A stretch of DNA of 12,038 nucleotides. Source: Octopus sinensis. Taxonomy: Eukaryota. The position numbers and the translations under genes are program-made. Shown piece after piece: positions 1 through 8,800 of this stretch (positions within the stretch are counted from its first letter, which is position 1; each line of letters starts with the position of its first letter). The stretch is taken from positions 1 through 12,038 of the forward strand of contig NW_021826758.1 in the NCBI RefSeq assembly GCF_006345805.1, read 5' to 3'. Under the pieces are notes generated by a model. The model made no database searches. It was not told the origin of the DNA and saw only the letters and a list, made by a program, of their open reading frames with translations.

Positions 1-490
1 TTCTATTTGTTTTTGATGGTTGGTTGATTTTCCAGAAATGCCTGATAATTGTATTTGGTGATTCAAGATCATCACAAGACCATTGCTGTTGCTGTTATTG
101 TTGTTGTAGTTGTTAATTACTCTATACAGTACTTTAATGTAGCAGTTTATGTTTGATACAAATGTTTGTCAATTTTCTGTTTTGCTATGGTTTATTTTCT
201 TTATTTTAGTCATTTGATATTGAACATTACTTCTGTATTTGTAATGGTGTTGGTGTTTTCTCTTTGATATCTCTTGATGAAATGAATTTGCCTATTTCTT
301 TTGCAGTTATATTTTTAATTTTCTTTTGAAAAAGCATTTAAAAAAAAAAAACTTAGCCTGTTCTATAATTATTTACTGAATGTATACACTACTCTACTAC
401 ATCTATGTTGGTGACTGTGATGATGCTTGATATCAGTGAAGCTTGTTTTTGTTTCATGTATTTTTTTTTTTTTAAATTTTTACTCTTTTC

Positions 491-654
491 AGGCATGGCT
501 GTGTGGTAAGAAGCTTGCTTCCTAACCATATGGTTCTGGGTTCAATGCCACTATATAGCATCTTGGGCAAGTGTTTTCTACTATAGCCTTGAGCCTACCA
601 AAGCCTTGTGAGTAGATTTGGTAGATGGAAACTGAAAGAAGGCCATCGTGTGTG

Positions 655-687
<33 letters not shown>

Positions 688-1088
688 GTATTAATATATA
701 AATAAATACAAAATTGGACAAGAACGCAAAACATCCAGATAGACGATACAAAGAAAACAAGGATGGGTCATTTGAAGTTTTCTTTCCTCAGTCAAGTACC
801 AGATAGAGTATCTTTGCAATTTCGGCTGATTATACTTGAGATTGCACAATATACACACATATATATATATATATTTTGTGTATGTGCTTGACCCCTCCCT
901 TCCCTGCTTGATGACGAGTGTTGGTGTGTTCATGTCTCCATAACCTAGCAACTTGGCAAAAGAGATCAATAAAATAAGCATCAGGTTTAACAAAAAAGAC
1001 AAATACTGGGAGCTATTCATTCAGCTAAAAATTCTTCAATGTCGTGCCCCAGCATGGCCATAGTCTAGTGACTGCAACAAGTAAAAGA
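491..1088 (+). mobile_element. tRNA-derived SINE, family 1 (octopus-type, internal microsatellite), full length with a nested insert
   Basis: Pol III A-box-like TGGCTGTGTGG at 496-506 and B-box GGTTCAATGCC at 539-549. Body and 3' end (…CAGCATGGCC…ACAAGTAAAAGA) match the reverse complements of 7811-8220, 11249-11673 and 11747-12038. Followed by poly(A) at 1096-1110. Confidence 0.9.
700..846. mobile_element. Unclassified ~150-bp insert inside the (TA)n tract of the SINE
   Basis: Non-repetitive sequence with (TA)n on both sides. It is absent from the equivalent position of the other family-1 copies in the window. Confidence 0.55.
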
Positions 1089-1250
1089 TGAAATTAAAAA
1101 AAAAAAAAAAGTCAGTTGAGGGTGGATCAGAGGATTGTTTAGTATGGATGTTGTAAGTAGGTAGGTAGGTATGTAGAGAACAGAAGGTGATTGTGAGAAG
1201 TTGATGCACTTTGCTGAAGTATTTGGGTATGTTGATGTTAGTTGATGTTC

Positions 1251-1494
1251 GGCGAGCTGGCAGAAATGTTAGCGCAGTGGGCGAAATGCTTAGCGGTATT
1301 TCGCCTGTCCTTACATTCTGAGTTCAAATTCCGCCAAGGTTGACTTTGCCTTTCATCCTTTCGGGGGTCTATAAATAAAGTACCAGTTATGCACTGGAGT
1401 CAATGTAATCGACTTACTCCCTTTGTCTGTCCTTGTTTGTCCCCTCTATGTTTAGCCCCTTGTGGGCAATAAAGAAATATATATTATTATTATT
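1251..1494 (+). mobile_element. tRNA-derived SINE, family 2 (central domain possibly Nin/Deu-like), copy 1
   Basis: Aligns end to end with 7290-7501. B-box-like GAGTTCAAATTCC; central GACTTTGCCTTTCATCCTTTCGGGG…AAGTACCAG; ends in AATAAAGAAATA plus an (ATT)n tail. Superfamily name is from recollection only. Confidence 0.8.
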
Positions 1495-1594
1495 GGTATT
1501 TTTATGACTCAATGATTTACATGCATTGAATTTCTCCCAGTCATAGTGTTTGGCAGAACAGTATGGTAATGTTGTTTGGATGTATAAGTTGGCA

Positions 1595-1721
1595 GGTTGG
1601 TTGGTTGGTCGGTTGGTTGGTGTCAGTCATGGCATATAATCATCATTATTGTTGTTATCGTCCTCCTCTTCTTCATCATTATCATTATTGTCATCATTGT
1701 CATCATCATCATCATCATCAT
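1595..1721. repeat. (TTGG)n and (CAT)n microsatellites
   Basis: TTGG repeats at about 1595-1620. Imperfect then perfect (CAT)n from about 1672 to 1721, which forms the tail of the adjacent minus-strand retroelement end. Confidence 0.9.
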
Positions 1722-1905
1722 TTAACATCCATGTTCCATAATGGTGTGGGTTGGGCAGTTTGACAGGGTCCAGTGGAATCAAGGACTGCATCATGCTGCT
1801 CCACAGTCTCAGTCAGTCTTGGTATGGTTTCTATAGCTGGATGCCCTTCCTAATGCCAGCTCTTTTGCAGCATGTTCTAGATGCTTTTTTTCATTCCACC
1901 AGCGC
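1701..1905 (-). mobile_element. 3' end of a (GAT)n-tailed retroelement (RTE-like LINE tail or RTE-dependent SINE tail), copy 1 (module A)
   Basis: Minus strand reads …GGCATTAGGAAGGGCATCCAGCTATAGAAACC…ATGGAACATGGATGTTAAA(TGA)n. Homologous to 6779-6983 and 9655-9772. RTE assignment is inferred from the tail type. Confidence 0.7.
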
Positions 1906-2112
1906 TATTAATGTCTCTATGCAGCTCATAAGACTATGAGCACCAAGGAAAGGATATTTATGATATTCATCAAGTTAATATATTTCATGTTATTATTGGC
2001 TTTTATTTTAAATGTAGCCATATGAGAATGGTCATTGTTGTGCAACAACTCAGTATTATTCAGCAATAGTCCTTGTCTCTTAGGGGTACTCACTATTTTA
2101 AGGTATGTGTAT

Positions 2113-2490
2113 TTAAGGCAATGTAAATAAGATGGTAGGGAAGTGACAGAAAGTTATGTGAACCAGTGGATAGAATGATGACGGGGTGGGGTGCCAGAAG
2201 CCTGAGAGAAAAGGAATGGGTATGCTGACAAAGTCACATGTAGTAATGACAAGAGAAGAGGGTAAAGGTGAAATAAACTGAGCACAAGTTTTCCATGTAG
2301 GTGGTGAAGTAGATGGCCATGATAAATGGAATATAGATAGATGGTCATACTGACCACAATTTTGTGTGAGTGATAAGAGGAGGGAGTGAGTGATTGACGA
2401 GTATTTGTGTTTGGTTCCAAGAAGCATAAACAAGAGAGACAAAGGTATGGTGGAGAGGACATGGGTGACAGTAGTATGAGCAATAGATGG
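2113..2490 (-). mobile_element. Possible degenerate CR1/L2-group LINE ORF2 C-terminal fragment
   Basis: Strong purine/pyrimidine strand asymmetry. Frameshifted minus-strand peptides (SSITHSLLLSL…LSIFH / LYSIYHG…SSFYP) loosely resemble the 'LSLFYRYYHG…SFFPRT' C-terminus of CR1/L2-type ORF2. Similarity is weak. Confidence 0.4.
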
Positions 2491-2532
2491 ATGAGTGTTA
2501 GAGATGTATGATGCCTATATATATGTGTGTGT

Positions 2533-2790
2533 GGAAGCGCGTGGCTTAGTGGTTAGGGTGTCAGCACCATGATCGTAAGATTGTGGTTTTGACTCCTGGA
2601 CCAGGCGTCACGTTGTGTTCTTGAGCAAAACACTTCATTTCAAGTTGCTCCAGTCCACTCAGCTGGCAAAAATGAGTAACGCTCTGATGGACAGGCGACC
2701 CGTCCAGCTGGGGAACATATACACTATAGAAACTGGGAAACCGGGCCCATGAGCCTGGCTTGGCTTTAAAAGGGCGCACTTTTTTTTTAT
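2533..2790 (+). mobile_element. tRNA-derived SINE, family 3 (MetaSINE-like central domain)
   Basis: A-box TGGCTTAGTGG at 2542-2552 and degenerate B-box GGTTTTGACTCC at 2585-2596. Then TTCTTGAGCAAAACACTT…CCACTCAGCTGG and GATGGACAGGCGACCCGTCCAG…AGAAACTGGGAAACC, which resemble the Meta-domain as I recall it. T-rich 3' end. Confidence 0.7.
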
Positions 2791-2824
2791 TATATATATG
2801 TATATACATATACAAATATACATA

Positions 2825-3598
2825 ATTTTAATGTCTGTTGTGCCATGCCATATCAGATAAGCAGTCTTCTCCACACTATACTGCCTGTCAACATAGTCTT
2901 TTGTCATTTCCTTTCTGAGGACCATTACTTTGTTCCAATTCATCCCCAATCTCTCTCTTTCACAAAATCCATTTACTTTGAGTGTGCTACACATCTTTAT
3001 AGTCGTCCTTCTCCATACACATCACCACAGATTCAGCCATAAGAGCTATGTCATCAGGATAAAGAAGCTCCCACAAGCAGCTGCTTTTAAACTGCTCTAC
3101 TCTGGTTTAAAGGATGTTAATGATCAGAAGGGGACTGATCACCTTCACTGAATTCTTTACTGTGCTTATCACCAACTCTCACTTTACATACAAAGCTTGC
3201 ACAGCTCTCACAAGCCATTCAACTTCCCCAAGCTTTCTCAGGACCATCAGTGGGGCTTTCTCTTGGTTAACAAAAGTCAAATATTGCAGCTTATTCTTTG
3301 CTAGATGTTTCTGTAGTTGCTGCATATAGAAGATAGCAGTACAACTACTTCTTTTTGTTGAGAAAAACCTGCTGCACAACATTCGTATTAACTCTTCCCT
3401 AATCAATTTTACTATAACCTTTTTCTGAAACCTTCATAACCTGGTCCAACAGTTTAATACCTTTGTTGTTTCCCATCTCTAATGCATCATTTTTATGCTC
3501 GTAGCAGCTGATGTTGATACTACCATTGCAGTCATTGTATATGACATCCTCCTGTACTATTTGATTTACTATATAGGTGATCAGATGTATTCCATCCT
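2825..3598 (-). pseudogene. Decayed reverse transcriptase of an RTE-clade non-LTR retrotransposon
   Basis: Minus-strand translation across frameshifts: ITYIVNQIVQEDVIYNDCNGSINISCYEHKNDALEMGNNKGIKLLDQVMKV (GIKLLDQVMKV at 3461-3429), then AIFYMQQLQKHLAKNKLQYLTFVNQEKA, LRKLGEVEWLVRAVQALY, KVRVGDKHSKEFS, ISPLLIINIL*, and WELLYPDDIALMAES (YPDD at 3061-3050, the YADD catalytic box). Motif order is the RTE RT order. Stops, frameshifts and deletions show it is dead. Confidence 0.92.
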
Positions 3599-3695
3599 AT
3601 ATGCCTATGTGTGTGTGTATATAAAATATATGATATATATGCATATATAATATATATATGTATGAATGTATGTGTGTGTGTGTATATATATATAT

Positions 3696-3866
3696 GCTTT
3701 CAATATCTTTCCTTCTCCTATGTTTCCGACGAAGAGCTCCGCTCAAAACATTAAACCCTCCTTCTTCCCTTCTTTCCTGAGCGTCCAATAATACTTTATT
3801 TGTTCCACGTCCTCGCGTTGTTATTTTTTTTTGTTTTTTTTGTGTTTTCTTGTTTGGATTAACTCT
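3696..3866 (+). mobile_element. Short element E1 with a hammerhead-like motif (Penelope-like pseudo-LTR or retrozyme-like)
   Basis: About 170-bp island in (TA)n: hammerhead-like motif at 3722-3756 followed by a pyrimidine-rich tail. The tail motif TTCCTGAGCGTCCAATAATAC resembles TTCCCAAGCTTTAAACTAATAC in E3. Confidence 0.6.
3722..3756 (+). ncRNA. Degenerate minimal type I hammerhead-like motif (E1), probably inactive
   Basis: Stem I GUUU(3722-25)/AAAC(3753-56); core CCGACGA (consensus CUGANGA) plus one A; stem II GAGC-UCC-GCUC; then AAAA-C-A-U-U where GAAA-C-G-U-H is expected. Both G-to-A changes sit in former CpG sites. Confidence 0.55.
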
Positions 3867-3919
3867 CTCTATATATGTATATATATATATGTATTATATA
3901 TATGTATTATATATATATG

Positions 3920-3998
<79 letters not shown>

Positions 3999-3999
3999 T

Positions 4000-4141
4000 C
4001 CTGGAGTAACACATAAATGTGAACACAAGTGGAAAAAGTGTACTCAAATACCAGGGGTAGAGTAAAAATCTGTCCGACAAACGGGAACGTGAAACTCAGA
4101 GTAACAGGTTTTGTTGAATTTCTGCTGCTTTTAAAATAAAG
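4000..4141 (+). mobile_element. Short element E2 with a hammerhead-like motif
   Basis: About 140-bp island between (TA)n tracts, containing the best-formed hammerhead-like fold in the window (4065-4112). Confidence 0.6.
4065..4112 (+). ncRNA. Near-complete minimal type I hammerhead ribozyme fold (E2)
   Basis: Stem I AAAAUCUGU(4065-73)/ACAGGUUUU(4104-12), 9 bp with one wobble. Core CCGACAA (4074-80; U4C, G8A). Stem II ACG-GGAA-CGU with a GNRA loop (4081-90). G12-A13-A14-A15.1 at 4091-94. Stem III A-CUC-A-GAG-U, quasi-palindromic. GUA cleavage triplet at 4101-4103. Confidence 0.72.
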
Positions 4142-4931
4142 TATATATATATGTGTGTGTTGTATACATATATATATATGCATATATAATATATATGTAT
4201 ATATGTATATATATATAATGTGTGTGTATATAAATATATGTATATAATATGTGTGTGTATATATATGTATATATATATATATATATATACACATACATAC
4301 ATACATACATACATACATACATACATACATACATACATACATACATACATACATACATACATACATACATACATACATACATACAGATAGAGATAGATAG
4401 ATATAGATATATAGATAGATAGATAGATATATATGCATGTATATGTATATATCTCTCTGTCTATATACATATAATATATATGTATATGTGTGTGTGTATT
4501 TATACATGTATATATTAATATAAAGTATTTGTGTATCTATCTTTATTTATATGTGTGTATATAGTAGCGCAAATAGGATAAATAGAATTCAATATATTTT
4601 TTTAACTTTTAATCAGTAGAAGTGCATTTTCAATCCTTATACAAAGCTCTCAGCCCTTGATTCATTGTGTAATTTTTGCTGAGTAAAAATAACACACACA
4701 CACACACATGCATATATATATGAAATGCTTGTGACTCTGTGATACCTGCTAACAATACAGAAAGTTTTCCAGCATTATAATAAATTTAGAAGAGTTTGCA
4801 AAACCTCTAATAGCTCCTGCAATTTTTGCATAGGGAAAAGCATCTCTGATGTTTATTTCACCTTTATTTTATCACTTTACACACACACATATATATATAT
4901 ATATATGTATATGTATATGTATATGTATGTA

Positions 4932-5088
4932 TTATTCTCTCTCTGTTTATTTCCTCGTGTTCCTTTCCATTGAAGAGCATAGGTTTGAAATGTAAAAGAC
5001 TTTCTCAACTTCCCAAGCTTTAAACTAATACACCTGTTTGTTGTTTATGCACCTGTCTTCATCTTTTATTTTTTCTGTAAATTTCAAG
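4932..5088 (+). mobile_element. Short element E3 with a hammerhead-like motif, related to E1
   Basis: About 155-bp island between microsatellites with the same layout as E1: motif, then a pyrimidine-rich tail containing TAATAC. Confidence 0.55.
4963..4998 (+). ncRNA. Strongly degenerate minimal hammerhead-like motif (E3)
   Basis: Stem I CUUU/AAAG; core CCAUUGA (3 mismatches to CUGANGA) plus one A; stem II GAGC-AUAG-GUUU (two wobbles); GAAA at 4987-90; then U-G-U-A. Spacing matches E1 except for a loop one base longer. Confidence 0.45.
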
Positions 5089-5187
5089 TATATAATATAC
5101 AAAGACACACATATACATATGCATATATATATGCATGTATATATGTATATGTATATCTATGTATATATATGTATATGTATATCTATG

Positions 5188-5218
<31 letters not shown>

Positions 5219-5229
5219 ATGTATGTATG

Positions 5230-5262
<33 letters not shown>

Positions 5263-5277
5263 GTATGTATATGTATG

Positions 5278-5309
<32 letters not shown>

Positions 5310-6369
5310 TGTATGTATATATATGTATATATATGTGTATATATATATGTATATATATGTGTATATATATATATATATGTATATATATGTATATATATAT
5401 AGTCTACTAAAAATACACACACATATATATACATATATATGCATCTATAATACATTAAAAGTATGCTTGAATCTTGCTTGTTTGCTTGCAATGTTACTCA
5501 GTCAGCCTGGCACATAATGGGAAAATACTATGAATTAAGTTTTTCCTAAAATGTAAATACAAACAGAATAAAATAAGTTTTATGTAATTTGGACAAGTGG
5601 TTGTTGAGATATTATGGGTTTTGGGGGTATAAACACCCAAAACCATGCATAGTGGGAAAATATTCCAAGAATAACTTAGCCCTGAAAGGGAAGAAACTCT
5701 TACCTTTCGATTAGACACAGTGACTAGACAATTAAAAAATACAATTTTTTTTTACAGTAAATGTTTCTGTTTTTGCTTTTGTATACACAATATTTTAATC
5801 ATTTAGAAATATTTTTAAGTGAATGTGATTTCAAAAATTTAAGTTGTTTATACAGTAAGTATTTATATTTTAGCTTTCTTGAAACAGACAGTATTTTAAT
5901 GTCTTTTTAAATTATTTTCAAGTGAATACCATTACAAAAATTTTGTTTGGCATATTTTAAAAAATATTTTAAAGTGAAAATGACTTTGAAAATATGGTAA
6001 ATATTTCGTAAAAGACCCATTCATAACTTTGGTGTGAAATACATTTTTTCCAAAGGATTTTTTTAGTGCATTCAATGTATCTCACCTCCAAAGATTTGGC
6101 TGCTATTTCTAGCACGCCCGGCTACCACATAACAGCTATTTGTGATAAAGAACCCAAAATACCTGTTACATGGTAGCAGGGCATGCAAGAACTAGCAACC
6201 AAATCTTTCCTTTTCTGGGGAAAGGAGGCGTTTATGCATGATTTCAATGTCACAATCGTTGAAAGCATGCAAAATAACATGGAAAAGAAAAAAAGAACTC
6301 ATGAAACAAAACTCTGTTGCTGGAAACTCAAGATCTTCCTGGTGACCCAACGGGCCACAGGTAGCCTTG

Positions 6370-6402
<33 letters not shown>

Positions 6403-6515
6403 CATATATAGACATATATATGCATATATGTATATACATATATACATATACACACATATATATATACATATATATACATATATATATATACATATATACA
6501 CACACATATATATAT

Positions 6516-6548
<33 letters not shown>

Positions 6549-6745
6549 TATATATGTGTTTATATAATATATATATGTTTTATATATATATATATTATAT
6601 ATATATATATTATATATATTTAAAGGCATGGCTGCAGTCAAAAGACTGAAACAAATAAAAGAACATATATATATATAATATATATAATACATCCTTACAT
6701 ATATATGTATGTATTATACATTATATATACATATATATAGTCTAC
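6370..6745. repeat. (TA)n/(CATA)n/(CA)n microsatellite field
   Basis: Read directly from the sequence. Confidence 0.95.
6621..6662 (+). mobile_element. Family-1 SINE 3'-tail fragment (5'-truncated)
   Basis: TAAAGGC-ATGGCTGCAGTCAAAAGACTGAAACAAATAAAAGA matches the reverse complement of 7811-7862, with an 11-bp internal deletion at a GC microhomology. Confidence 0.75.
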
Positions 6746-6778
6746 AAAAAATGCAACACACTCACACATATTTGTAGC

Positions 6779-7258
6779 CATCATCATTACTGTCATTTTA
6801 TGTCCATGTTCCATGCTGGCATTGGATGATCAGCTTGATGGGATACGATGTACCCAAAGACTGCATCATATTATCAGTGTATGTTTGGCATAGTTTAGCA
6901 TAGATTCTGCAGCTGTATGCCCTTTCTGATACCAAATCACTTTACAGCCTGCACTTGGTGCACTTTTTGTACCACCCACACTACTGCTGTTGTCATGCAA
7001 TTTGCAAGACTGCAGACCCATTGTATGCACCAGGAAAACTTTATGCTAGGAGAGTAAGGAGTAGTAAGACGTATGAGAGATAGAGGCCAGAGCAGAACAG
7101 GTTTTTTTTGTAAAGGTGCTAAGCTACATGGTTATTCACATTTTTGAAGAGCAGATGAAGTGATTGGTTGGAAGGTAGTGATCAGGTTGTGATTGGGTAG
7201 TGCTGGAAAGTGATGTAAGTGGTGATGAGGTGTCAGAATGGGCTTTCAAGGTTCTGGG
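6779..7258 (-). mobile_element. (GAT)n-tailed retroelement end, copy 2 (module A 6779-6983) plus module B (6984-7258)
   Basis: Module A aligns with 1701-1905. Module B aligns colinearly with 9773-10040 (for example ACTTTATGCT(A/G)GGAGAGTAAGGA, GCTAAGCTACATGGTTA, AAGTGATTGGTTGG, GGTGATGAGGTGTC). Confidence 0.75.
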
Positions 7259-7289
7259 TGTGGAGGAATAGAAATCATGATACAGGCAA

Positions 7290-7501
7290 GGCGGTGAGCT
7301 GGCAGAAGCGTTAGCCGGGTGAAATGCTTAGCAGTATTTCATCAGCCACTATGTTCTGAGTTCAAATTCCGCCAAGGTCAACTTTGCCTTTCATCCTTTT
7401 GGGGTTGATTAAATAAGTACCAGTTACGCACTGGGGTCGATATAATCGACTTAATCCGTTTGTCTGTCCTTGTTTGTCCCCTCTGTGTGTAGCCTCTTGT
7501 G
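7290..7501 (+). mobile_element. tRNA-derived SINE, family 2, copy 2 (3' end lost)
   Basis: Colinear with 1251-1465, with a small deletion in the head. Confidence 0.8.
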
Positions 7502-7800
7502 AAAGAGAGATGATGAGACATTGGGTAGGTTGCAGGAGTGGCTGGGAGAAGAATAAAAGAACAGAGAGGGGCAGGTGCAGTGTATAAAGAGGGTGTGAAG
7601 TATGATGGGGTGGAAAGGGAGGAGAGATAATTCATTGGGTGATCAATAGAAGTATTGGTCAAGATCATTATTAGTGGATGAAGTATGGATAACAAGTAAA
7701 GTGGTTCTGGATAGTAAGAAAAATGGAATCAAGGAAGAACTGCAGCTTGGAAGGTAGTGAGGGTGGTGGGTTCTTGAGGAGAAAGGAAGTTGGATTGTCA
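7502..7800 (-). mobile_element. Possible LINE 3' end (CR1/L2-like), highly degenerate
   Basis: Purine-rich plus strand. Minus-strand peptide TIQLPFSSRTHH…PFFLLSRTTLL weakly resembles the CR1/L2 ORF2 end. Confidence 0.3.
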
Positions 7801-7810
7801 TGCATATATT

Positions 7811-8220
7811 CTTTTACTTGTTTCAGTCATTTGACTGTGGCCATGCTGGAGCACCGCCTTTTAGTTGAGCAAATCAACCCCAGGACTTATTCTTTATAAG
7901 CCTAGTACTTATTCTATCGGTCTCTTTTGCCAAACCGCTAAGTTACGGGATGTAAACACACCAGCATCAGTTGTGAAGCAATGTTGGGGAGACAAACACA
8001 GATACACAAACATATACACACACACACATATTATATATATATATATATATATATACATATACGACGGGCTTCTTTCAGTTTCCATCTACCAAAGCCACTC
8101 ACAAGGCTTTGGTCGACCTGAGGCTATAGTAGAAGACACTTATCCAACGTGCCTCACAGTGGGACTAAACCCAGAACCATGTGGTTGATAAGCAAGCTAC
8201 TTACCACACAGCCACTCCTG
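7811..8220 (-). mobile_element. tRNA-derived SINE, family 1, full length with a 10-bp target-site duplication
   Basis: Reverse complement aligns with 491-1088 (minus the insert) and directly with 11261-11673. TGCATATATT flanks both sides (7801-7810 and 8221-8230). Confidence 0.93.
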
Positions 8221-8800
8221 TGCATATATTTATATTTATACCATTATGTCGCTGTTAAATCCTTTTCAGCTTCCTGTGTGTAAATTTTTCAAAGACGCTT
8301 GTAAACAAAACTTGTAACCAACCAAGTATCTTCAGTTTAATCGCTTGTGTTATACTGTATCAACAAGTGTGGTCAAGGCTAGACTTGTAAAGCCATCTGT
8401 GACTAATCTCAACATCACCTCGAATATTTGAGCCTCTTACCCATGAGTTCAATCTTCTGATATTCTTCTGTAACTCTGGCTGACCTTAAATTCCTTTAAT
8501 CTTTCTGCTCCCACCATTTCAACTCTCAGCACTAAAGAACAATGCCTTACTGCATTATCATTTAGAATTGTTTCTGTTGCTCATTGCTGTATTGGTGGGG
8601 AGACACCATTATGTAGTAAAATAATATAAATTATTGGATTAATAAATGACATCAGTATTATTCAAAGCAGATAATGCGAGAATGGTCATTGGGAGAAAGA
8701 GAAGTGTGACAAGTAGTGAAAGATAAAGAAAAGACCGAATAAATTTCCTCATTTGTTGTCAGTTTCAGTTATCCATGACATTTTCTAGCATGTTTTGAAA

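Larger units (their letters stand above)
3600..5455. repeat. Compound microsatellite field: (TA)n, (TG)n, (TATG)n, (CATA)n, (AGAT)n, interrupted by short unique islands
   Basis: Read directly. Includes a perfect (CATA)n array at about 4291-4385, (AGAT)n at about 4385-4430, long (TA)n at about 3870-3999 and a (TA/TATG)n mosaic at about 5100-5450. This explains the Y/I/M/C/V-rich ORFs. Confidence 0.95.

Noticed and set aside
468-510. Strong acceptor (poly-T…TTTTCAG) and GTAAGA donor at the SINE head
   Set aside because: Both come from the SINE's own 5' sequence next to a poly-T tract, and would give only a 13-nt exon with no support.
491-560. tRNA gene calls at the SINE heads (also 2533-2600, 1251-1335)
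   Set aside because: A and B boxes are present, but I see no complete cloverleaf, and each continues into a SINE body.
785-791. Perfect CUGAGGA core on the minus strand in the nested insert
   Set aside because: It is followed by CAAA rather than GAAA, and no stem I pairing closes the fold.
1563-1763. ORF with a poly-histidine tract
   Set aside because: The His run is the (CAT)n tail of the minus-strand retroelement end.
5698-5745. Possible 20-nt minus-strand microexon (…TTGTCTAG|5723-5704|GTAAGA)
   Set aside because: Splice-like words are common in AT-rich DNA. There is no neighbouring exon or transcript evidence; only RNA-seq could support it.
5760-6010. Recurrent AATATTTT(T)AA-like words in a very AT-rich stretch
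   Set aside because: There is no regular period or clear termini, and such words are expected at this base composition.
6229-6368. Further hammerhead-like candidates (minus-strand UCAACGA…GAAA at about 6229-6266; plus-strand CUGGUGA-CCC-AAC-GGG at about 6340-6360)
   Set aside because: The first has no stem II and the second has no GAAA. Both are compatible with chance.
3850-6692. Long ORFs of 70-212 aa rich in Y, I, M, C, V, H and T
   Set aside because: They are translations of (TA)n, (TATG)n and (CA)n microsatellites that lack stop codons in some frames. There is no protein-like complexity.
8230-8620. Possible second, older mariner N-terminal fragment on the minus strand
   Set aside because: Only scattered short peptide resemblances after several assumed frameshifts. 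No WVPHEL-type motif, catalytic motif or terminal repeat was found.
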